Positions 9,905 to 20,329 of a stretch of DNA of 42,517 nucleotides are shown here, one piece after another. Within the stretch, counting starts at the first letter, position 1, and each line of letters opens with the position of its first letter. Under the pieces are notes generated by a model. The model saw nothing but the letters and a program-made list of their open reading frames with translations. It was not told the origin of the DNA and searched no databases. The DNA lies in contig NC_068982.1 in the NCBI RefSeq assembly GCF_001194135.2, positions 86,296,416 through 86,338,932 of the forward strand, in the 5' to 3' direction. Both the position numbers and the translations under genes were made by a program. This DNA is from Octopus bimaculoides (Eukaryota).

Positions 9905-11544
9905 GGAGGATTATATAGAGAACATGTTCTCCTAGTGTATAACAGTAGAGCCAAAAGAAAGAGAGGAAAAATGAGAGAGGAACTACAAAAATGTTGGTTT
10001 ATCTATCACATTTGAGGAAAGTTATTCTAAAGCAAATTTTTCAGATGTAACTTTAGACCTTGATAATTCAACCTATTCTCCATTCAACCTATTCCATATT
10101 CATATACCTAATGAATATCTTAAATATATAAATATTAATTCAAATTATCATATATCATTACTTAAAAGTATCGTAAATAGTATATCTACTAGAATATCTA
10201 ACCTATCTTATAATGAAGAAATTTTAAAAAATCATGCCAATTATTACAATCAAGCTTTAGCTGCTAGTGGATTCAAACAAAATATTAAATACATAAAGGA
10301 TAATAAACTAAAAATTTACAGAGCACAAATGGAATTAAACAAAACTACATGTGATACTAAACTAAGAAATAAAGATAACCTTAACTATAACAATAATATG
10401 CAATTAATACAAAATGAGAAAACTTCTACACAACACAATTCAAAACCTAGAAAAAAATAATGATAGACAAAGAACTATATATAATAACAATAAATACTCA
10501 GTGAAAAAAATACAAATCCCAAAACCAATATATAAATGTGATAAACTACCTAATAGGAGTGAAAAGAGAGAAATTATTTGGTACACACCTCCATTTTCAT
10601 TAAATGTTAAGGGTTTAGCAAAAAAAGTTTTTAAATATAGTTAAGAAAAACTTTCTTAGCAATCATAAGTATCACCACATATTTAATAGATCATCAATTA
10701 AAATATCCTTCTCTACAACACCAAACATAGAATCTATTATCACGTGTTCGAGTAAAAGAAAAATTAACAAATATAAAAACAGCTGTAATAATAATAACAA
10801 TAATAATAAGATAAGAAGTAACAATAGGAGTATATATATATAATACTCAAAATACTGGAACACCTAACAATAATATTGATATAACAAAACCCAAGCAAAA
10901 TTCTAACTACCATACATTTGAAAATATAGAAAATGCCACAGGCTAATAAAAAATAAAAATAATAATTCACAAACAATAAATGTATCTAACTCCACAATAA
11001 ATAATACTACAAGAAATTCATACACCACAAATAATCATAATAATAGTAGGCACCATTCATCTGAACAGAAATATAATAATAAAAATAAAAACTGCTCATG
11101 TAAAAATAAAAACAAAGAATTATGCCCTTTAAAAGGCAACTGTAGAAGATTTAACGTCATATACAAATGCATAGTTACACTAACTAATAATTCAAATAAT
11201 ATAGTATATATAGGGAGTTCTGTTAATTTTAAACAAAGACTTTAACACACATACACTCCTTTAAGCCGAATATAGCTACTAATACCACATCATTAGCTAC
11301 ATATATACATAAACTTAAGAAAAACAAAGTTAACTATAGATTAGATTGGTGAATAATAGATTCAACCATACCATACATACATAAATCTAATAGTTGCTGT
11401 CTCTGTATGAAGGAATCACTATATATATTATTATATAAACATAAGAACTTAATAAATTGTCAATCAAAGGCACTTTCAACATGTAGACGTAGGTTTTATA
11501 AAACCTTTAAATATTATAGGAGATCTAATAAAGATATAGATTAG
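9905..11544 (+). mobile_element. Penelope-like element, second type (IIW.PPFS linker, CxC..CP..G.C, GIY-YIG), decayed
   Basis: GGLYREH (from GGLYRDD), GLSITFEES..ANFSDVTLDL, YNQALAASGF, REIIWYTPPFSLNVK, HHIFNRSSIKISFS, CSCKNKNKELCPLKGNC, NVIYKCIV (11156) ..VYIG (11207-11215), TTSLATYIHKLK, CCLCMKE, STCR. Confidence 0.88.
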
Positions 11545-12099
11545 TGACTATATATAGTGTTTTTTTGTGTGTGATATCAAAATATAAGGTGATACATACA
11601 AATAGATTGATAGATAAATTAATTACATTAAATAAATATTGAATAGATATTCTTAGAATTAGAACCCATGCACATCTAATCTATAACAAATGGACAGTTA
11701 CAATTGCATTAAATTTTAAAATTCAAATTAGCATCTTCCAATTATACAAATGAAAATATAAAAGAAATACTTGATCAATTTATAATTTTATAATTTCACA
11801 TAAAGAACCTTCTACATCTGAAATATCGTGGTTTTTGTAAGTTATTTCATCGTTATTGGTATTGGTTAAGTTTGCATTATTCGTTTAGTAATTTCTTGTT
11901 ATTATTGTTGTTGAACTTTTGATATCTGTGTTCTGTGTTCAACAGACGTAGAGAACTGTTGTTCCCTTCCATAAGGGGGAGGGGAATAATTATTTGTGCA
12001 TTTTTACTACAATCCTGTTTTTGAAAAAAATAAACATTGAAGACATGTCTTCAAATGAAAAAACTCTTGAAAAAATAATGAATTCCTCAGTATCTGTGA

Positions 12100-13510
12100 A
12101 TGATAAAATGAATAATTCTTCTGTAAAAGATGCAAACCAAATTGAAAATCAAAAACAGATTATTTTACTGCTGCGGCAGGTATTAAAAAAAAATTTTTTA
12201 ATTGTGTGTTGAACCAGGTGTGTTATTGCAACACAAAAATGTTTGCAAGGGAGGGTTTCGATGCCAGGGCCACCCTTCCAAACGAACTAATAGAACCCAA
12301 AACATAATTATTATCCTTAAATCCAAGATAATTAAAGAAAAGAAAATCAAAAAGGTTACTAACAAACAAATAGAAAAATGCTTACAGCCGATATGGCAAG
12401 ATGTCGAGTTTCTAGCAAGAGGGAAAAGGTATGTGACGGTGGTCGTATACTTCAAAGATGAAGAAAAAGCAATGAAATACTAGATACAACCATTAAAAAC
12501 AAATGAGATAGTGCCACTAGTGATGTACCTAGGTAGGCGCACGTAGAAAGTATCAATAGAGGAAATATCACTGAAAGTGGATGTCACTTGGCTATGCTCA
12601 GCCCTACTAATGGGGCTGGAGGACAAGATAAAAGTGATAGAAGCAACAAGAATCCAGCAACAGAACTGGCGGGGCTAAGGACTGGAAGTCATCATCCAGG
12701 CAGCCACCCCATACCCTGGAAGATATAGTCATAAATATCCACATAGATGGTAGAGGGGAGAAAACCCCGATGCTACGAGTGTGGTGAAAAGGGTCACATT
12801 TGAGCAAACTTCCCCACCCACAAAGAAAAAGAAAGTCATGAACAGCAAAACCAAAAGAATGACCAGCAGGACCCCGGCACTGAGAATGCTCAACAAGCTG
12901 GTGACAAGGCCCAAAAAACCATCAAAAAGGAAAAATTACAATTTTACCTCACCCACCCCCAGCACAAATAAGAAAAAAAACCCAGCTGCAAACACACAAG
13001 AAGAAACCACCCTCCCCACCACTACTCCCCCCCCAAATTCAATAATATTGGATTCCTCCCCATCTAATCCCGGATATCAGACGATATCCCCTCCCCCCAA
13101 TGCTGAGGCTCACCTCCCTCCCTACAGTGCTGACTTTCCCCCCTCCTGGCCTTCACCTTTCATCCAATCCCACCCTACATCCACTCCCCCAAACCTAGAA
13201 AGATTGTCCCCCCTCATCCAGCCCAAAGAAAATGGAATTTAAAATAGTTATGGTGGCAATAAACACCCAAAATAAACAATTAACCCACAAAATGGAAAGA
13301 GTTCCTACAGCGAACATATTTAAACATTACCATAAAATCCCTGACAATGTAACCATCTATCAAATAGATGAAATGAACTATCGGATTCTAAAAGAATACT
13401 ACCCAACAGACATAGGTCCTCTGAGACTGGATTTTAACAAATCCATGTACGAGGACTTATGTCAAAGCACCACCCCACGAACCCGGGAAAAGGAGAAAAC
13501 CACTGACTAA
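12100..13510 (+). pseudogene. Tx1-like ORF1 remnant (gag-like knuckle, Pro/Thr-rich tail)
   Basis: CYECGEKGHI*ANF at 12771-12812 (C-x2-C-x4-H-x4-C with the last Cys mutated TGC>TTC). Several stops and frameshifts; the start is approximate. Confidence 0.7.
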
Positions 13511-13519
13511 GGTAAGTCG

Positions 13520-14385
13520 ATGTCTTGCATTCATGTAGAGTGCATAAATGTGCATGGCCTGATGTCAAGCTGGAAGCAAGGATGCCTCCTAAATGACATC
13601 AGGTCAAGGGATTTACATGTTGTTTTTGCTACAGAAACCCAGTTGAGGGGGCCAAGAGATCTGCTCCTGCTGTTTGACGGTTACGAGAGTATTTTCTCTC
13701 CGAGCTGTCCTCCTAGCAGGAGTGGACTGTTGGTCCTGTTAAAAAGAAACTGGATTTCTGAGAAAAAGTTGATTTTTTTCAGATCCAGAAGGTAGGCTGG
13801 TCGTCATCGACTTGACATTCAGCCTTTGTAAAACTATCAGACTGGTTGCAATTTATGCACTCCACCATACAACTGGGCAAAGTGATTATTTTCAGAACCT
13901 GGAGAAGTTTCTTGGTACATCGCATCCTTTAGTTGTGCTAGGAGACTATAACACAATCTGTGACGCACGCGTGGATTATGTTGGCTCCTGTACAGGTAGG
14001 AAAGGTAATGCTTGCTTCCAGGATCTACTAAGACATTTTGAGCTGGTAGATCCATATAGGCTGGAATATCTAAATGCTCCATTGTGGACATGGTCAAGTA
14101 GTGACGGATCTTCCAGGTCGTACATAGATAGAGTGTTAATTAGAAAAGTAGATAGAAAGATAGCTAGGTGTACACAGAACATGGTCAGCTACAGTGATCA
14201 CAAGATGGTCACCTGTAAGCTTGACATAGATAAATTACATAGAGGTGCCGACTACTGGAAACTTAATACGTCCCTTTTGGCTTTTAAGGAGCACAGAGAC
14301 CAGATTAAGATGTTGATTCAGAGGACATTAACTGGATCCATTATAAATAACAAATGGTGGTATGCCCTCAAGAGAGCCATTGAAC
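13520..14385 (+). pseudogene. Apurinic-type endonuclease (APE) of ORF2
   Basis: CINVHGL, FATET, RLVAIYA, VVLGDYN, WTW..SRSYIDRVL, SDHKMV, GADYWKLNTSLL (a Tx1/L1 hallmark). Confidence 0.92.
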
Positions 14386-14897
14386 ACGTACATTCAGGCT
14401 GAAGACCCCGGATAATTTTCAGAAGTCTTTGGCTTGGCAGTGTTACCGCAGAGCCTTACCTGTTTGGGACAAACTCTCAAGGCACGGATGCCTGGATACT
14501 CCGATCTGTCCAAGATGTGGGCGGGACAGGGAAACTGTTCTGCACGCTATTGTTCAGTGTCTGGAGGTGTCAGATGTGTGGGTTTACGCCGAACAACTGT
14601 TGTCAAGTGGAGGAAGAGTACAGCTGTCAACTGAAATCTATAGTAAAAATTAACCCGCCGGATTTCTTAATGAAAGAAGGTAAGAATTGTTTTCTCTCTG
14701 CGAGACAGGTGATATGGAAGACAAGAATGAGAGGGTTGAGGTCAGGCAACTTCATTTCTGGCCCTAATTTGGTAAATTTCTTCATTTTTCACCTTAAAAG
14801 ACAAATAGGGCTGGAGAGGAGATGCCTGACTAAGGAAGTGTTTGATAACAGATGGAAGAATGTTGCACAAATGTCGCGTATGAAAGGTCCCTCGTGA
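14386..14897 (+). pseudogene. ORF2 C-terminal zinc-binding (zf-RVT-like) region
   Basis: SLAWQCYRRALPV..ICPRCGRDRETVLHAIVQC..W. Confidence 0.85.
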
Positions 14898-15329
14898 ATG
14901 CGACATAGGTTATAACCCGGGTCAGTGGTGAGGCGGGATTCATGGTGTGCGTATTGAACCTGCCCCCACTCCATCCGTAATGTCTTTTGTTTATGTCCTA
15001 ACATTCGCTATCATTATAAATTCAGTAAATTTTTTAAATGACCCCATCCGCGTATTAAATGTTAAATCATTCGATTTCATTGTATTGTCTTTATCTATGT
15101 ATATCCTTCATGGAAAATAAAAAATAATTTATAATTATACATAAAATTTTCACATATATTTTATTCTATATTATCTAAATCTATGAACTATATTTGGAAT
15201 ACAGGACAATATAATGGATTTTATACATAATTATTATAGAGACTCTGCCTCTATCTAAATATTATAAGTCCACTCACATATGCACATAAAATTGCATGTG
15301 TACCTATATGTATATAAAACATACATATG

Positions 15330-15695
15330 GAAGCAATGAGAAAAAGCTGAACAAAAATGATAATAATATTATATTACTTTACAGCAAGCAGATAAGGACT
15401 AATCTTATCCAAATAATTCATTCAATCATTAATAAACGTTTCACGTCTAATAAATATAGTACTATAATTAATAATAAAATAATACGGATTGGATTTTCAG
15501 TAACTAAAAACGTATTTAGACATATATCCTCTTTAATAATGTAAAACTTGATACGTATTACACAAATAGAAATAATCCCCCTCCAAATAAGAACACAATA
15601 TCCGAAGAAGCAAAAGTGCCAGACATATTATATCTAGACAACACATATACAATAATACAAATAATAATAAATAATAATAAATAATAATATACATA

Positions 15696-15734
<39 letters not shown>

Positions 15735-16010
15735 CTATATATATATATATATATATATAACTATTTCAATGATTTCTGTGATTGGAAGGTTAAAGAAAAA
15801 TGTAAGTTTAAGAATTACTGTATATGTAAAAACCTAGTATACTAAGCAACTGTTCAAGCGGAAGATAAATATTTCTATTATGTCGGAACAATCCTGTTAT
15901 GTGAAATCTCAATTTGTGAATCATGAGACTTCCTTTAGAAATGCTAATAAAAAAAATAGCACTGGCCTAAGTAAATTTATCTGTAAACTAAAAGATAGGG
16001 CTTATTCTTT
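15330..16010 (+). mobile_element. Highly decayed Penelope-like linker and GIY-YIG fragment, split by (AAT)n/(AT)n at about 15651-15759
   Basis: NNIILLYSKQIRTN..KRFTSNKY..IRIGFSVTKN, then CDWKVKEKCKFKNYCICKNLVY*ATV..YYVG..NHETSFRN..NSTGLSKFICKLK. Confidence 0.65.
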
Positions 16011-16028
16011 GTAAGCCTAGCACTGGTA

Positions 16029-16131
16029 AAATAAGTACTAGGCTGTAAAACAGTAAGTCCTGGGGTCGATTTTTTCAACTAAAATCCCTTTAAGGCGGTG
16101 CTCCAGCATAACCGTAGTCAAATTGGCTGAA
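16029..16131 (+). mobile_element. 3' part of the tRNA-derived SINE
   Basis: aataagtactagg..aagtcctggggtcgattt..ggcggtgctccagcat..gtcaaat.gctga, the same family as 39725-39940. Confidence 0.85.
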
Positions 16132-16442
16132 TGATATGTGTGTGTGTGTGTGTGTGTGTGTGATAGATGTATATGAATATGTGTGTATACACACATACAT
16201 ACGAATTTAAATACACAACCAAAACAGCTACTAATAGTTTCATGCTTTTCTGACATTTGAACAGGCATATTTATAAAATACGCTATGCATCTTAATGCAA
16301 CCTTTCAGGCTGTTTATGCATTATACATATTTTAAAAACAAGGATGCCAAACAGTAAGGAAATATACATGTATGTATATGTACACAGAAATATCTATATA
16401 CATACACATATATATGTATATACATACATATGTATATATATA

Positions 16443-17490
16443 TTGTTTGATGTATTGATGGGATCGCATAATAGTGCAAACATCTGTGATCTTATGGGTC
16501 TCTTTGTATTAAATACACTGAGATCAAAGTTCCCATCCCATGATGTTGGTGTATATGAGACGATGGGATGGAATGGCTGTGATGGTCACGCTCTTGATAA
16601 ATGCAGGAAAAATCACATTGATACCTTTAGTTAATTAGGCCTCAAAATCTCTATTACTAGTAATCTGTTGATTTTTTTAGATGTTTCCCTTGATTTAAAC
16701 TCCCGCTCTTATAAACCATATTATAAGCCAAATGAGAAGGTCTCATACATACCTAAACAGTCCTGTCACCCACCTATAGTCTTTAAAAGTTTGATAGCTA
16801 ACATTAGTAATAAGATATAAAATCTTTTAAACAAATATTTGGTAAGACAGCCCCCTATTATAACAATGCCCTAACTAACAGCAGCTTCAAACATAAAATA
16901 TATTACAACTCTTTAAGTAAAAATACGAATCAGGAAAATAGACCAAAAAATAGACCTAGGAAAATAATTTGGCTCACCCTTCCTTTCTCCATTACTGTTA
17001 AGACTAATGTAGGCAAGAAATCTCTGTCTCTTTTAGATAAACATTTTACAATAAATCATAAATACTGGAAAATTTTTAACAGACACTCAATAAAAATACC
17101 ATACAGCTGCTGCTCAATATGAAGAACAATATAACTCACAAAAGTCATCAAGAGACTCGCCTCCCAGTTGTAATTGTTGAGACCATGAACCTTGCCCACT
17201 TGACTAACTGTATATAAGCTCCATCATATGCTCCATAACAAATCAGTTGAAAAGAAGAATTACATTGGGTTATGTGAGGGCAAATACAAGAGATGTTATG
17301 CAAACAACTTATCTTCTTTCTGACACACTGATAAAAGTAATACAACTAAGTTGGCTAGCAACATATGGAATTTGAAGAGCAGCTCCACACCACATACAAT
17401 TAAGTAAAGAATAGTGGAAAAATCTAAGCCAAATGTTAATGGTTCTAAGAAATGCAACTTATGCATAGCATATTCTTCTTACATCCAACA
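16443..17490 (+). mobile_element. Penelope-like element (same type as 9905-11544): RT C-half, linker, GIY-YIG; decayed
   Basis: FDVLMGSHNSANICDLMGLFVL, GVY(R)DDG via a frameshift at about 16553, DFLDVSLDL, YKPNE..SCHPP, RKIIWLTLPFSITVKTNVGKK, IFNRHSIKIPYSC, NYIGLCEG, LASNIWNLK, KCNLC. Confidence 0.88.
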
Positions 17491-17952
17491 CTTCCAACAC
17501 ACTGCTAAATTTATGATTTGAAATTCTTGGCATGTGTAGTCACATGGACAAGTTTCTTTTATCAAACTGGAAGGCAATACCCACTCTGGATTGAGTTTTC
17601 TGTTATTTTGTTCTTAACCTTTTGTATTTAATGAGCTTTCTGCAATCAGAGAGGACAAGGATCTTAGTTTGTCTGATTTCATTTCCTTTTTCTCGTTCCA
17701 TTTTTTTGCACTACATCTTTCATGTTTTTTTCTTATTTTCATACTTTCCAGCATCCTAGTTTTTAAAATATATATAACGCATAAACAGAACCTCAAAGAT
17801 TGCTTTTAGATACATCGCATATTTTATAAATAAGTATCATAAAAACATGAAACTATTAGTAGCCTTTCTAGTTGTGTGTTTCAACTGATATTTATCTCCC
17901 ACCAGATGGAGTACTTTTTGAATCTACCTCTATTGGATCTATATATATATAT

Positions 17953-18123
17953 ATAGGTGCACAGGTGTGCCTGTGTAGTAGGAAGTTTGTTTCCAACCCA
18001 AATGGTTCCGGGCTCAATCTCACTGCATGGCACTCTGGGCGAATGTCTTATGCTGTAGCCCTAATCTGACCAAAGTCTCGTGAGTGGATTTGGTAGAAGG
18101 AAACTGAAAAAAGGCCCATTGTA
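17953..18123 (+). mobile_element. tRNA-derived SINE, 5' head and core
   Basis: A-box-like gtgcctgtgtagt, B-box-like gggctcaatctc, core gtgagtggatttggtaga.ggaaactgaaa, followed by (TA)n. Confidence 0.8.
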
Positions 18124-18133
18124 TAAGTCTATA

Positions 18134-18171
<38 letters not shown>

Positions 18172-18282
18172 TGTGTATACCTGTCATGCAAGGCCACCTG
18201 ACTGTAGAACATCTGCCTCAACAAAAATTGCATCTGACTCATGTGAACATGGAATAATGGACATGGTGATGATGGATATGTT

Positions 18283-18313
<31 letters not shown>

Positions 18314-18334
18314 GTATATGTTACAGAGTTATCA

Positions 18335-18470
18335 TTACTTAAAATCCACAGACATGCTATTTTACACTCATTAGTTATTAGCATATGTCCGTACCACTGC
18401 AGTAGCCTCTCCTGTACACACTCTCAGCTCAATTGTGACAGCCTCTCATGCATCCAATGGATTTCTATCA
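18335..18470 (-). mobile_element. Short RTE ORF2 C-terminal relic
   Basis: The minus strand reads ECVQERLLQWYGHML, compare CVQERRLHWYGHV in the other RTE copies. Confidence 0.6.
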
Positions 18471-18897
18471 AACTGCTGCAGCTATTCAACTCAGTTTTTT
18501 TGTATGAAGATGGAAACCCTTAAGTTTAATAAAAATTTAAATCAGATCATTACCTCCAATTCTGATGGATCATATTTTCCTCCGGAAGAGTATTCAGGGA
18601 GAGCTTTTGAAGTTCTATGATGATAATTGTAATTTCTTACTAAGAAAAAAAACATAAATTGTATTATAAAATTTATTTAGATAGTAAAATTAGTTATATG
18701 ACACTGACTAGCAATGGGAGAACAAGTAGCGAGAAGTATTTCAGATAAACTTGAAAAATAACTAATATTTTTAGTGTGATATGTACGGTTATAAAAAAAA
18801 AAAAATGGTTTAACCTATACAACATAAATTCTCCACACATAAATCAGACATTCATACTGATATGAAATTACAGACTGCTTTTTTACTTATCCCTTCA

Positions 18898-18899
<2 letters not shown>

Positions 18900-18934
<35 letters not shown>
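18900..18934. repeat. (CA)n microsatellite
   Basis: Perfect CA run. Confidence 0.95.
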
Positions 18935-18936
<2 letters not shown>

Positions 18937-18989
18937 GTAGTTGTATGAACTATGAAGGAGTGTTCAGCTTCAAAAATATCACCCTTACC

Positions 18990-19225
18990 ACCACCACACC
19001 ATTTTATGATCACTTTTCATTACTGACATGGATTGGGTAGGTTGTCATAGTCCATCTCTGTTTTATTTGAAGCTACTGTCCATTTAGATGTGGTCATGGA
19101 CCATGTTATGCATATACATTCTATTTTTGTGGTGTGAATTGTATGGTTGGATGTCTTTCCAACATCAACAACTTTACAGAGTGTACTGGGTGCATTTAAT
19201 CATGGCACTAGCACCAGAAATAGTG
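18990..19225 (-). mobile_element. RTE 3' UTR relic
   Basis: ggatgtctttccaacatcaacaactttacagagtgtactgggtgcatttaatcatggcactagcac resembles 6167-6232 of copy A. Confidence 0.55.
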
Positions 19226-19429
19226 TATCATTCTCAGAAAGACTAAAGAAACCTCTCTGCCTTTCAGTATTACCATTTATCTATTTCAAATAAAACTAAA
19301 GAAAGTTACTTCTTTCTATAGAGTCAATGACCGTCCATTATTATGTTGTGTATGTATGTGTGTATGCTTGAGATGCTCAAGATCGGATTTTTGGCAGATT
19401 TCACAGAGAAAACCCAACTTCAGTGGTCA

Positions 19430-20322
19430 AAGTTTTTCTGAATGCTTGCTTGGTCTTGATAGCCTCTCATAACTGCCTTACCAAGTTGGCATAGAACTCT
19501 CCATTGATGGTGTGATCATTTTGAAAAGAGTCAATAAACACAATGCCTTTTGCATTCCAAAACACTGAGGCCATCACCTTCCCTGTAGATAAAACGACCT
19601 TCCTTTCTTTGGAGCAGGTGAAGAGAAGTGTTTCCACTGGATGGATTGCCTCTTTGCTTCTGGTTCAAAGTGATGAAGCCAACACATATCCTATGTTAGG
19701 AAATGTTCAAGGAAACTAGCTGGATCTGCCTCAAACAACATCAGATATTCCTGTAATGTAATCAACCTGGTGTGTTTTTGATCAAATATCAAAAGATGTG
19801 GCACCCACCAAGCAGAAACCTTCATCATGCTAGGTTCATTGTGCAAAATATTCTCCACTCTCTCATGGGATATGCTAATAACATTAACTATTTGGTTTAT
19901 AGTCAATCGCCTGTCATCCTTCACCATGAGGTGAACACAATCAATGTTTTCCTCAGTGGTGGCAGCTGCAGGACATCCAGACCATGGGTCTTCTCAAGAC
20001 TCTGTCTTCCTCTGTTAAACTGAGCTGCCAGTTTTACATTGTTGATAAGGCTGGAGTGTCATCCCCTGATGTATCAACCATGTCAGCATGAATGTCCTTG
20101 AGAGTTAAACTCTTTATCTGCAGGTACTTGATTACTACACAACATCAAATTTTGTCAATTTTCAAGACAAATTGCTAATAATTGCATTTGAAGTTTCTCT
20201 GAACAACCAGATGTCAGTTTATCCAGAAAGAAACACTGCAGTTATTAATAAGAAGACTTGAAATTACTGCAAGCAAGATTCTCCTTTGTTGTTAGCCTGT
20301 GAACTTTTCAGCCCACTCTTGA
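19430..20322 (-). mobile_element. mariner (Tc1/mariner) transposon fossil, 3'-truncated
   Basis: TIR-like agagtgggctgaaaagttcacaggctaac (20291-20320). DDRRLTINQI, VSAWWVPHLL, WLHHFEPE, KVMASVFWNAKGIVFID, TINGEFY. The second and third catalytic Asp region is absent. Confidence 0.92.
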
Positions 20323-20329
20323 ACATATG

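Larger units (their letters stand above)
11805..15127 (+). mobile_element. Tx1/L1-group LINE with internal deletion of the whole RT domain
   Basis: ORF1 with a CCHC-type knuckle, then APE, then an immediate jump to the C-terminal zinc domain. The 3' UTR ends in AATAAA and an A-rich tail. Candidate TSD tttataatt(tc/at)acataaa at 11787-11804 and 15128-15145 (16/18 match). Confidence 0.85.

Noticed and set aside
8782-9954. Long ORFs of 130-390 aa in the ORF track
   Set aside because: They are read through N gaps. The same applies to 34860-35963 and 39349-39867.
3005-17490. Selenocysteine or stop-codon readthrough in the PLE ORFs
   Set aside because: Interruptions are a mix of TAA, TAG, TGA and frameshifts at non-conserved places, as expected for neutral decay.
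17614-17796. 60-aa Lys-rich minus ORF as a host exon
   Set aside because: The composition is explained by T-runs, and there is no motif or donor site.
17953-18123. tRNA gene
   Set aside because: It has A/B-box-like motifs but no cloverleaf, and it continues into the SINE core. The same holds for 39951-40117 and 42115-42271.
18435-18620. Host exon (61-aa plus ORF)
   Set aside because: Its 5' part is the antisense of an RTE C-terminal relic (CVQERLLQWYGH), and there is no recognisable protein motif.
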